Below, piece after piece: positions 8,909-16,901 of a stretch of DNA of 59,317 nt (positions within the stretch are counted from its first letter, which is position 1; every line of letters starts with the position of its first letter). The notes under the pieces are model-generated. The model had not been told where the DNA came from and searched no databases. It saw only the letters and a program-made list of their open reading frames with translations. Source of the DNA: Streptosporangiales bacterium (lineage in GTDB: Bacteria > Actinomycetota > Actinomycetes > Streptosporangiales > Streptosporangiaceae); NCBI GenBank assembly GCA_009784565.1, contig WRBL01000001.1, forward strand, positions 1 to 59,317, written 5' to 3'. The translations under genes and the position numbers were made by a program.

Positions 8909-9351
8909 GTGCCGCCATGGCCAGCAGCCCCGCCCGCCCGGCAGAGCCCCGGTGCCGGAGTGACTCGATCGAACTGGCGGCGAGTCCCGGGTCCGTTGCC
9001 CCGGCCCGGCTCCGGGCCCGCCTCGATCTCCGTGACTGGCACCTGGACGAGGTCGTCGCGGATGTTGAACAAGTCGTAAGCGAGCTTGCCTCCAATGCGG
9101 TGCAGGCCACGCGGGGCGCAGGGCTGGACACCGGGATCCGGGTCACCCTCACCTTCGATGGTTCCGGAGTCCTGGTCGCGGTATGGGACGCGGTACCGTC
9201 CTCGCCGGTTCCGGCCAGTCCCGACGAGGACAGCGAGCGTGGGCGGGGCCTGCTGATAGTCGAGGCGCTCGCCGAGTGGACAGAGGTCAGGCCCGTACCG
9301 GTGAGCCGCGGCGGCGGGAAGCTCGTCCGCGCCCGAATCGCCCTCCCGTAA
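8905..9351 (+). CDS. ATP-binding protein, HATPase_c anti-sigma-like
   Basis: VVSELASNAV, VAVWD, ERGRGLLIV, GGKLV; typical partner of WhiJ-like clusters. Confidence 0.88.
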   Translation: MSAAMASSPARPAEPRCRSDSIELAASPGSVAPARLRARLDLRDWHLDEVVADVEQVVSELASNAVQATRGAGLDTGIRVTLTFDGSGVLVAVWDAVPSSPVPASPDEDSERGRGLLIVEALAEWTEVRPVPVSRGGGKLVRARIALP

Positions 9352-9445
9352 CCCCGATAAGTAAGGAGAGAATTCGATGACCGACACGCTGGAACGGGCA
9401 CTCTTGCGCAGTCCTGACGGGTCCTGAACCGCTGTCCGCGGGGCG

Positions 9446-10249
9446 CTACGGCTTGAAGGCGACCCCGCCGTAGGTGCTCACCTCGGCCGGTGTCGGCCGC
9501 GGCCCGCGCACCGCTGGGCGCCAGTCCGAGACCGGTACCACGCCCGGCGGCACCAGTTCGAGGCCGTTGAACGCCAGCCGGGCAAAATCGCTGGAATCGC
9601 GCATCTGCGCGGGTATCCCGGCTGCCCGGTCGGTGCGTTCCCAGGCGGCCACCGCCGGGTCATGCTCCGCGCTGATGTGCGAGGCGGTCAGGAAGCTCCC
9701 CGATGGGAGAGCGTCGAGGAGGGTGCCGATGATGCCGTCCGGCCCCCATTCGTCCGGGACGTAATGCAGGATGGCGACGAGCATCAGCGCGACGGGCTGG
9801 CTGAAGTCCAGGATCTCCCGGGTCGCCGGGTTGTCGAGGATAGCCTGCGGTTCCCGGATGTCGGCCTGGATGTAGGCGGTCCGGCCCTCGGGCGCGGAGG
9901 TCAGCAGGGCACGCGCGTGCGCGAGGACCAGTGGGTCGCTGTCGACGTAGACGATGCGGGACGAAGGCGCGGCCGCCTGGGCGACCTCATGGACGTTGCT
10001 GGTCGTCGGCAGCCCGGTCCCGATGTCGAGGAACTGCCGGATACCCGCCTCGGCGGCCAGGTACTTCACCGCGCGGCCGAGGAACGCCCGGTTCTCGCGC
10101 GCCGAGGTGCGGCCGCCGGGCCAGGCGGCGAATATCTGATCCGCCGCCTCCCGGTCAGCCGCAAAGTGATTCTTGCCGCCGATGCCGTAGTCGTACATCC
10201 GGGCTGGATGAGGCTGGGACGTATCGATTTCGGGTGGCAGTTCCGACAT
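9446..10249 (-). CDS. Actinobacterial SAM-dependent methyltransferase (Methyltransf_19-like)
   Basis: IDTSQPHPARMYDY..GGKNHF, GIRQFLDIGTGLPT, YVDSDPLVLAHARALL. Confidence 0.92.
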   Translation of the reverse strand: MSELPPEIDTSQPHPARMYDYGIGGKNHFAADREAADQIFAAWPGGRTSARENRAFLGRAVKYLAAEAGIRQFLDIGTGLPTTSNVHEVAQAAAPSSRIVYVDSDPLVLAHARALLTSAPEGRTAYIQADIREPQAILDNPATREILDFSQPVALMLVAILHYVPDEWGPDGIIGTLLDALPSGSFLTASHISAEHDPAVAAWERTDRAAGIPAQMRDSSDFARLAFNGLELVPPGVVPVSDWRPAVRGPRPTPAEVSTYGGVAFKP

Positions 10250-10571
10250 TCGCGCTTCTTTCAGCTCCGGAATTTGCGTCTTTGCGGTCCAGTGCGGAAA
10301 TCGTACCGTGTGCGCGGTACAGCCGTATGTGACATAGATCGCTCTGATGTGACCGGTAACGGTGCCGGGGCGGGTCGTTTCGCAGGTGGACGGGGAAACG
10401 CGCTTAACGTGAGGGATCTTCTATCTTTCCGACGCCGATGACCCGTGGGAAGTGGTCTCCCGGGAGCGGCCCAGCCGCGCGGCTCCGCTGACGCTTGAGA
10501 TCCGGCGAGACTTGGTCGCTGCCTGGCAAACTGGGCGGGGAAGAAGTTGTCCGGACAGGAGATGGGGAGCC

Positions 10572-11738
10572 ATGGCGGACTCCGCTGAGGAAGCAACGCG
10601 AGCCAGACTGGCCGCGGCGAAGGGGAAGGCGCGGTACCCGGGTCTGGGCCTGTGGAACTTCGTCGCCGACCTGAAGGTGCTTCCGGACGTCGACGAGATC
10701 TCCGAAGAGGACGTGCCGGAAGCCGAGCGGGAGGACGCGGAGCTTCGCCGGGCGGCGCTGATCGTGGCCGCCACGGACATCGTCGACTGGTGCATCGACG
10801 ACATCGAGATGGTCATCTTCGACGAGAATGACCGGGTCGATGAGGAAACGACCGAGGAGTCGTTCATCTACGACGTCTTCCCGGCCCGGCACCGGCGGGC
10901 CTACGGCCAGGAGTTCTTCCGCAAGGCCCTGGTGACCGCGGTTCAGGTGGCCGCTGACCTCGCGGATCCGGATGGCGGGCCCGCCGCGTGCATCGCCGAG
11001 GAGATCATCCGCCACGCTGTCGGCGAGCTCGCGGTGAGCCTGTGCGAGGAGGCCGGGCTCGGGGAGCCGTGGCTTCATCCCGATGAGCTTCTGCTCGAGG
11101 ACGCGGACTTCGAGCTTCTGTACGCCGAGGAGATGGACGGGCTGGAAAACGATCCGGGTGCCCAGCGGGCGCTCGGCGTTCATCTTCCGTCGGTAGAGGG
11201 CTGGTTCTCGCCGTTCAACCCCCACCGGGCCGTCCATCCCTACGCGGAGACCGACAGCGCCATCCCCGAGGTGCATGATCTCTACCCGCGGCTCAGGCCT
11301 GAGGATGATCCGGAGATCCTCTTCGACCTCGATGTCGTCAACGCCGCCGCTCCGATCGCCGGTTTCCCCGCGGGCAGTGACCTGGTCGCGCTCATGCGCC
11401 AGGGAGCCGTCCCCGTGCCCGGCCAGTGGGTCGCGGACGATTCCGACCCGGAAGCGTCCTTCGCCGCCCTTGTCGCCGCGTCGTCCGCGGACTACGGAAG
11501 CGGCTGGCTGGAATGGGAGTCCTACGCCGGCGCTGACTCTGTCCGCTCCGAGCCGGTCATCCAGCTCACGGCCCACCGTCATTTTCCCGTCGGCGACGAC
11601 GAACCGTGGGTCCACACCGCCAGCAGCGGTGGCCAGATGCTGGCCATCCCGCTTCGCTACGTCGTCTCCTACCGCCCCGACCCCGGCGTCCGCGCGCGCT
11701 GGGAACGCCGGCTGGACGACCTGGATTCTCAGGGGTAG
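10572..11738 (+). CDS. Acidic hypothetical protein
   Basis: Long ORF with GC-rich third positions; GGGAG before ATG 10572; no motif recognised. Confidence 0.75.
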   Translation: MADSAEEATRARLAAAKGKARYPGLGLWNFVADLKVLPDVDEISEEDVPEAEREDAELRRAALIVAATDIVDWCIDDIEMVIFDENDRVDEETTEESFIYDVFPARHRRAYGQEFFRKALVTAVQVAADLADPDGGPAACIAEEIIRHAVGELAVSLCEEAGLGEPWLHPDELLLEDADFELLYAEEMDGLENDPGAQRALGVHLPSVEGWFSPFNPHRAVHPYAETDSAIPEVHDLYPRLRPEDDPEILFDLDVVNAAAPIAGFPAGSDLVALMRQGAVPVPGQWVADDSDPEASFAALVAASSADYGSGWLEWESYAGADSVRSEPVIQLTAHRHFPVGDDEPWVHTASSGGQMLAIPLRYVVSYRPDPGVRARWERRLDDLDSQG

Positions 11739-11797
11739 CCCAGCGTTACCGTAGGCCTCAGGTGTAAACCGGACTATCGGGTCAAGCGTCACATACT

Positions 11798-11821
11798 CGG
11801 AAGTAACCATCGTAACTTCCG
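11798..11821. promoter_or_regulatory. Inverted repeat, candidate operator of the GT2-GH26 operon
   Basis: CGGAAGTAAC-CATC-GTAACTTCCG (9/10 arm match). Confidence 0.5.
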
Positions 11822-11949
11822 TGTTGTTTGACCCCGCCCGGTAATCCCGCAGGGCGGGACCCGGAGTCGCGGACGCCGCATCGCGTCCCCTTCAAGGAAG
11901 CACCTGCCGCCGTGACCTCCCTTACGGCTGCCCGCGGACGGGCGGGACG

Positions 11950-13224
11950 TTGATCCCGAGCCTTCCGGGCTGCACCCCCGCGACGACCCGCTCCCAGAGT
12001 GAGGGCCTCGCGCATCTCCAGCGCATCGCCGCCGATCAGGCCGAGGCGGGGCTGGCCGTGGCCTTCGGCCCGGCCCCGGCCATGCCTCTTCCTCCGGCCC
12101 GCGATGCGACGTCGGGCCAGTTCCCAGCGATCTCAGTACTCATCCCCGCGCACAACGAGGCGTCGACGATCGCGACCACCATCCAGTCGTTGCGCGGCCA
12201 GACGCTGCCGCCCGCCCGCATCATCGTCATCTGCGACAACTGCACGGACGACACCGCCGCCACCGCCCGGGCTCAGGGCGTGGCCGTCATCACCACCGTC
12301 GGCAACACGGGGCGCAAGGCGGGAGCGGTCAACCAGGCACTGTCTCGCGTGCTCGCCGACCGGGCACCCGACTTCTTCGTCATGGTCATGGACGCTGACA
12401 CCGAGTTGTCGCCCGCGTGGCTTGAGACGGCGGCCCGCGAGCTGGCGGGCAACCGGCGAGCCGCCGTCGGCGGAACGTACCTCGGGGCGGGGGCGGAAGA
12501 AGACCCCGGTGCCGGCGTCGGGAGCCGGGCCTACCGCGGCCTGGTGCGGCAACTCCAGTTCAACGAATTCGTGCGATCTTCCCGGCTGCAGGGCCGGAAG
12601 CACCGCACGAGCGTCTGGTGCCTGTCGGGGACGGGCACCATGGCCCGCGCGTCCATGTTCCGGGAGATCGCCGCCGAGCGAGGCCGGTCGCTGCCGGGCC
12701 GCCACGGCGACGTGTACGACTCGCACAGCTCGACCGAAGACTTCGAGCTCGCTCTCGCCTGCCGGACCCTCGGCTACCAGTGCGTCATCCCGCCGGGATG
12801 CGACTCGCGCACCGAGGTCATGCCGACGATGAGGGCGTGGTTCAAGCAGCGGCTGCGGTGGCAGTTCGGAACGCTGGAGTCCCTGGTGGACTACGGGTTC
12901 AACCAGCACACCCGGGGCTGGAACGGCTGGGCGCGGCAGGGCCTGTTCCACCTGCGGTTCCTGACCCAGTTCGCACTGTGGTTCGTCCTCGCCCGGTCCC
13001 TGGCCACCACGGGGGCGGCGTTCCCGCCGTTCATCATCGCGTGCCTGGTGGTGGTGTACGCCGAACGCCTCATCTCCGTATGGGGCGCGGGCTGGAAAGG
13101 CCGGCTGCTGGCCGCGCTCATCCTGCCCGAGTTCCTGTACGGCGTCTCCGAAGGCGCCTATCTCGTGTCCGCCATCTGGAAAGTCGTCCGGCGCAAGCCG
13201 CTGACTGACTGGGGACACCTCTGA
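11950..13224 (+). CDS. Processive GT2 glycosyltransferase (start uncertain)
   Basis: IPAHNE, DNCTDDT, KAGAVN, DADT, TED, QRLRW (QxxRW) and C-terminal TM helices. Confidence 0.9.
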   Translation: MIPSLPGCTPATTRSQSEGLAHLQRIAADQAEAGLAVAFGPAPAMPLPPARDATSGQFPAISVLIPAHNEASTIATTIQSLRGQTLPPARIIVICDNCTDDTAATARAQGVAVITTVGNTGRKAGAVNQALSRVLADRAPDFFVMVMDADTELSPAWLETAARELAGNRRAAVGGTYLGAGAEEDPGAGVGSRAYRGLVRQLQFNEFVRSSRLQGRKHRTSVWCLSGTGTMARASMFREIAAERGRSLPGRHGDVYDSHSSTEDFELALACRTLGYQCVIPPGCDSRTEVMPTMRAWFKQRLRWQFGTLESLVDYGFNQHTRGWNGWARQGLFHLRFLTQFALWFVLARSLATTGAAFPPFIIACLVVVYAERLISVWGAGWKGRLLAALILPEFLYGVSEGAYLVSAIWKVVRRKPLTDWGHL

Positions 13225-14270
13225 TGACCACCGTCCTGGCCGTCCTCTCGGCAGCCGTGACCGTGCTGTATGCCCTCTCGGCACTGGCACGCCTCGTGCC
13301 CGTCAAGCGCCGGCACTACCGGTGGGGCCAGTTCGGCGGCATGCTGGCCTCCACCTTGCTCGTCGTGGGACTCGCTTCCTGCGCGTATGTCGCGGTTCGC
13401 GGCGCGACCGCACCCCGGGACACGGCAGAGGCCAGGGCTCCCGTGGCACTCCGCCACGACGTCTTGCCGACCGGGGTCTTCGCACCGGGAGAGTGGGATT
13501 CTTGGTCTCCGGTGAAGCGGTTCGGCCAGGAGACGGGGCGCCCGGTCCATTACGTTCTCGACTACATGGGGCCGGACGAGGCTTTCCCCGCGCGCCTCGG
13601 CGCGCTTGCCGCCGCGCATCACGCCGAGCCGGTGCTGCAGATGGAGCCGACCATGAGCATGGCCGGCATCGCGGCGGGCCACGACGATTCCTATCTCCGT
13701 GACCTGTCCCGGCAGGTCAGCGGCTACGGGCATCCCCTGGTGCTCTCGTTCGCCCCGGAGGCGAACGGAAACTGGTACTCATGGGGCTGGTCTCATACCC
13801 CCGCGGCCCAGTGGGTGGCCGCGTGGCGGCATGTCGTCACCGTTTTCCGGCAGCAGCACGTACGCAACGTGACCTGGATGTGGACCGTCAACGTGCCATT
13901 CCCCGCCTCCGGACCGGTCTCGGATTACTGGCCTGGTGCGGCCTACGTCGGGATGATCGGCATCGACGGCTACTTCGTGCACTCGTCCGACACCTTCAAT
14001 TCCGTCTTCGGGCCGATCGTGGACCAGATTCGCTCGCTGACGGCGAAGCCGCTCCTCATATCCGAGACCGCGGTCGGCCCGGACTCAGGAACGGAGGCCG
14101 GATCCCAGGTCCGCTCCTTGTTCGCCGGGGCGAAAGCCGGTCACCTTGCCGGGCTCATCTGGTTCGACCAGGCGCAGCACGGAAGCGCGTACCACCAGGA
14201 CTGGCGCCTCGAAGACAACCCGGCCGCGCTGGCCGCGTTCCGCGCCGCGGCGAAGGAGCACGGGCAGTGA
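13224..14270 (+). CDS. Membrane-anchored GH26-like glycoside hydrolase
   Basis: IAAGHDDSYL, FAPEANGNWYSW, WMWTVN, YWPG..YVGMIGIDGY, KPLLISET; TGATG coupling to GT2. Confidence 0.85.
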   Translation: MTTVLAVLSAAVTVLYALSALARLVPVKRRHYRWGQFGGMLASTLLVVGLASCAYVAVRGATAPRDTAEARAPVALRHDVLPTGVFAPGEWDSWSPVKRFGQETGRPVHYVLDYMGPDEAFPARLGALAAAHHAEPVLQMEPTMSMAGIAAGHDDSYLRDLSRQVSGYGHPLVLSFAPEANGNWYSWGWSHTPAAQWVAAWRHVVTVFRQQHVRNVTWMWTVNVPFPASGPVSDYWPGAAYVGMIGIDGYFVHSSDTFNSVFGPIVDQIRSLTAKPLLISETAVGPDSGTEAGSQVRSLFAGAKAGHLAGLIWFDQAQHGSAYHQDWRLEDNPAALAAFRAAAKEHGQ

Positions 14271-14335
14271 GGCGGCGGACGCTGACCGGTGACCAGAAGG
14301 CGGGTGACGGGGGTGGAACGAAGGCCCGTTTGGTA

Positions 14336-16459
14336 TCAGGCGGGGCCGGCGGTGAGGGCCCGGGCCAGCTGGGAGGGGTCGGCGGCCAGGGCGACGGCGT
14401 CCTGCATCGGGTGGGCCGCCGCCCGGTTGTAGACGTCGTCCCACGTTCCGGGGCCGAGTGCCGCGCGCGAGCTCTGGCCGGCCTCGCCGATGAGCTCGGC
14501 CAGGCCGGGCACGCCGGTGAACGGCTCGGTGCCGAGCGTCTCCCAGACCGGCGCGGTGATGCCCATCAGCCAGGCCGCTTCCTCGAGCCGTCCCTGCTGC
14601 GCGGCCACGTAGCCGAGCAGGCCCAGGCAGAAGCCGGCGCCCATGGGGTCGCCCAGGTCCTGCCGCATCGAGAGCGCGGTGCGCAGCATCTCCTCCGCGG
14701 GCTTGTGCTGGCCCTGCAGGCTGAGGGCGAGAGCGGACAGCGTGTAGAGGAAGCTGCTGAGCCACCGTTCACGGCCGTCGGCGGGCATCCGGCGCAGCCC
14801 CGCGGCGGCGGATTCGTAGGACGCCTCGAGATCCCCGCTCAGCAGGAAGGCCAGCCCCAGGTACAGGAAGGCCACGTCGGCCGTGGGGTCGCCCGCCTCC
14901 GCCAGCATCTCCCCGGCGGCCTTCGCGGCCTCGATGGTCTCGGGCAGCCGTCCGGCCGCCAGCAGGGCCTGGCTGTAGTAGAGCTGGCACCGGGCCCGGG
15001 TCCGCTGGTCGCCGAGCCCGGCGGCCATCGCCAGGGCCTCCTCGCAGCCGGCGACGCCGTCCGGATCGCCCTCGGCCGCGCGGATCAGGCTGAGCAGCGC
15101 TGTGGCGTGCGCGCGCCCGGGGCTGGGTCCGTCGAGTCGGTCCAGCGTCTTGTCCAGGTGATATTTCGATTCCTGGAAATTGCCGCTGATCTCGACAAAC
15201 CAGTACAAGGAGCTGAGGACGTCGGTCGCCGTGTGCTCCTGGCCGGGAACGGACAGGCCGTATTCCAGGGAGGTCATGACGTTGGAGTGCTGCGCGCGCA
15301 GCACCCGGTACTTGTCCAGCTGCCCGTTGAACGGGTCGCTGTTCAGCTCTTCGGCGAGCCGCCCGTAGTAGGCCGTCAGCCGGGCCCGGACCTGTCCGGC
15401 GGTTCCGGTCTTCTCCAGTCGTTCGGCACCGTACTCGCGGAGGGTGTCCAGCATCCGGTAGCAGGGGACCGCGGCGCTGTGGTCCCGGGCGAGCACCGAC
15501 TTGTCGACCAGGCTGACCAGGGCGCCGGGGACCTCGTCGCGGGGCAGCGCGCCGCCCCCGCAGACTTCCCGTGCGGCCTGCGCGGTGAACGGCCCGGCGA
15601 ACACCGACAGCCGCTGCCACAGGACCTGGTCCGGCCGGCCGCACAGGTCGTAGCTCCAGCCGATGGCGTCGCGCAGGGCCCGGTGCCTGGTATCGGCCGC
15701 GTGATCCCGGCCGGACAGGAGGGCCAGCCTGTGGTCCAGGCGGCGCGCGAGTTCGCCGAGATCGAATTCGCGCAGCCGGACGGCGGCGAGTTCGATGGCG
15801 AGCGGTATGCCGTCAAGCTGGCGGCAGAGCCGGACGATCTGCCCGGAGTTCTCGCCCGTGACCCGGAAGCCCGGCACGGCCTCGGCGGCGCGCTGGGCGA
15901 ACAGGTCCACGGCATCTCCCGCGTCCCGCGCCGCGGCCGGGGTTCCCCGCGCGGGGACGCTGAGCGGGCTCAGCGGGTACAGGTTCTCGCCGTGTACGTC
16001 GAGCGGCTGCCTGCTGGTGGCCAGGATCGTGACGCCCGGCGCGCTCTCCGCCAGGGCCTCGGAGAACAAGGCGGCGGCGTCGAGGAGATGCTCGCAGGTG
16101 TCGAGGATGAGCAGAAGCTCCCGTTCCCGCAGGTAGCCGGTGATCATGTCCGCCGGATCGCGGGAATCCTGCTGTGACAGGCCCAGGGCGGAGACCACGG
16201 CCTGCGGAAGCAGGCCAGGATCGCGTATCCCGGACAGGCCGACGAACGCGACCCCGTTCGCGTAGCGTTCACCCGCGGCGGCGGCCGCTCGCACCGCGAG
16301 CCGGGTCTTGCCGACGCCGCCGGGACCGGTCACGGTGACGAGCCGGGCGCGTCCCACGAGAGTGCCGAGTGCGGCCAGCTCGGAGGCCCGGCCGACGAAA
16401 CCGGTGGATTCGCGAGGGAGTTGTCCGGGCCTGTCGTTTACCTGGCTGACGGGGGACAT
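14336..16459 (-). CDS. STAND/NB-ARC-type predicted ATPase with TPR-like repeats and no DNA-binding domain
   Basis: GPGGVGKTRLA, LLILDTCEHL, LATSR, LDGIPLAIELAA, IGWSYDL, YRMLDTLREY. Confidence 0.88.
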   Translation of the reverse strand: MSPVSQVNDRPGQLPRESTGFVGRASELAALGTLVGRARLVTVTGPGGVGKTRLAVRAAAAAGERYANGVAFVGLSGIRDPGLLPQAVVSALGLSQQDSRDPADMITGYLRERELLLILDTCEHLLDAAALFSEALAESAPGVTILATSRQPLDVHGENLYPLSPLSVPARGTPAAARDAGDAVDLFAQRAAEAVPGFRVTGENSGQIVRLCRQLDGIPLAIELAAVRLREFDLGELARRLDHRLALLSGRDHAADTRHRALRDAIGWSYDLCGRPDQVLWQRLSVFAGPFTAQAAREVCGGGALPRDEVPGALVSLVDKSVLARDHSAAVPCYRMLDTLREYGAERLEKTGTAGQVRARLTAYYGRLAEELNSDPFNGQLDKYRVLRAQHSNVMTSLEYGLSVPGQEHTATDVLSSLYWFVEISGNFQESKYHLDKTLDRLDGPSPGRAHATALLSLIRAAEGDPDGVAGCEEALAMAAGLGDQRTRARCQLYYSQALLAAGRLPETIEAAKAAGEMLAEAGDPTADVAFLYLGLAFLLSGDLEASYESAAAGLRRMPADGRERWLSSFLYTLSALALSLQGQHKPAEEMLRTALSMRQDLGDPMGAGFCLGLLGYVAAQQGRLEEAAWLMGITAPVWETLGTEPFTGVPGLAELIGEAGQSSRAALGPGTWDDVYNRAAAHPMQDAVALAADPSQLARALTAGPA

Positions 16460-16799
16460 CGTGACCTCTGCTGTGGGCGAACTTAGGGAAAATACTATCA
16501 AGCAACGGTGCCGGAACGCTGGGGGCCGATCAGGCGACAAGTGTTCGGATTTCGAACGACCCTGAACGCCATGGAATGCCGCGCCGGCTTGTTTCTCAAG
16601 CAGTTTCCCGATCGATTGTCAAGCTTTCAAGGATGGCGTCATCTTTTCTTTAGCGGGGCGTAAGAAACATGTTCTATCGCTTTTGACCAGTAGGGAACGA
16701 TTTTGCCGCTCATATTCCCTATTGGTCGGTCTTTTCCTGCTACGGTAAGAGCGGCTCAGGAGTAGCAGGCTTCCCGTGAGGGGGCGGCGTGCCTCCTCT

Positions 16800-16820
16800 T
16801 GACCAGGACTGACCAGGACT
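16800..16820 (+). repeat. 10-bp tandem direct repeat TGACCAGGAC x2
   Basis: Exact tandem in the divergent promoter region; TTGACCAG also at 16683-16690. Confidence 0.6.
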
Positions 16821-16901
16821 TACGTACCGAGGTGCGGTCTCACCGGCCCGCGGGGGGCAAGTGAGCGTCGCTCGACAGCTCGATAACGACGGGACCATGG
16901 G

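Noticed and set aside
11830-11950. c-di-AMP (ydaO) riboswitch upstream of GT2
   Set aside because: Only a weak AATCCCGCAGGG..GGGACC resemblance; the conserved 3' motifs (GGGGTGAA, CCCGAACCCG, AGCTAAC) are absent
13781-16177. 798-aa plus-strand ORF and similar long antisense ORFs (2538-4472, 16740-18647, 38035-39729, 39810-42317, 47002-49014)
   Set aside because: Shadow ORFs typical of high-GC DNA, overlapping well-supported genes and lacking motifs
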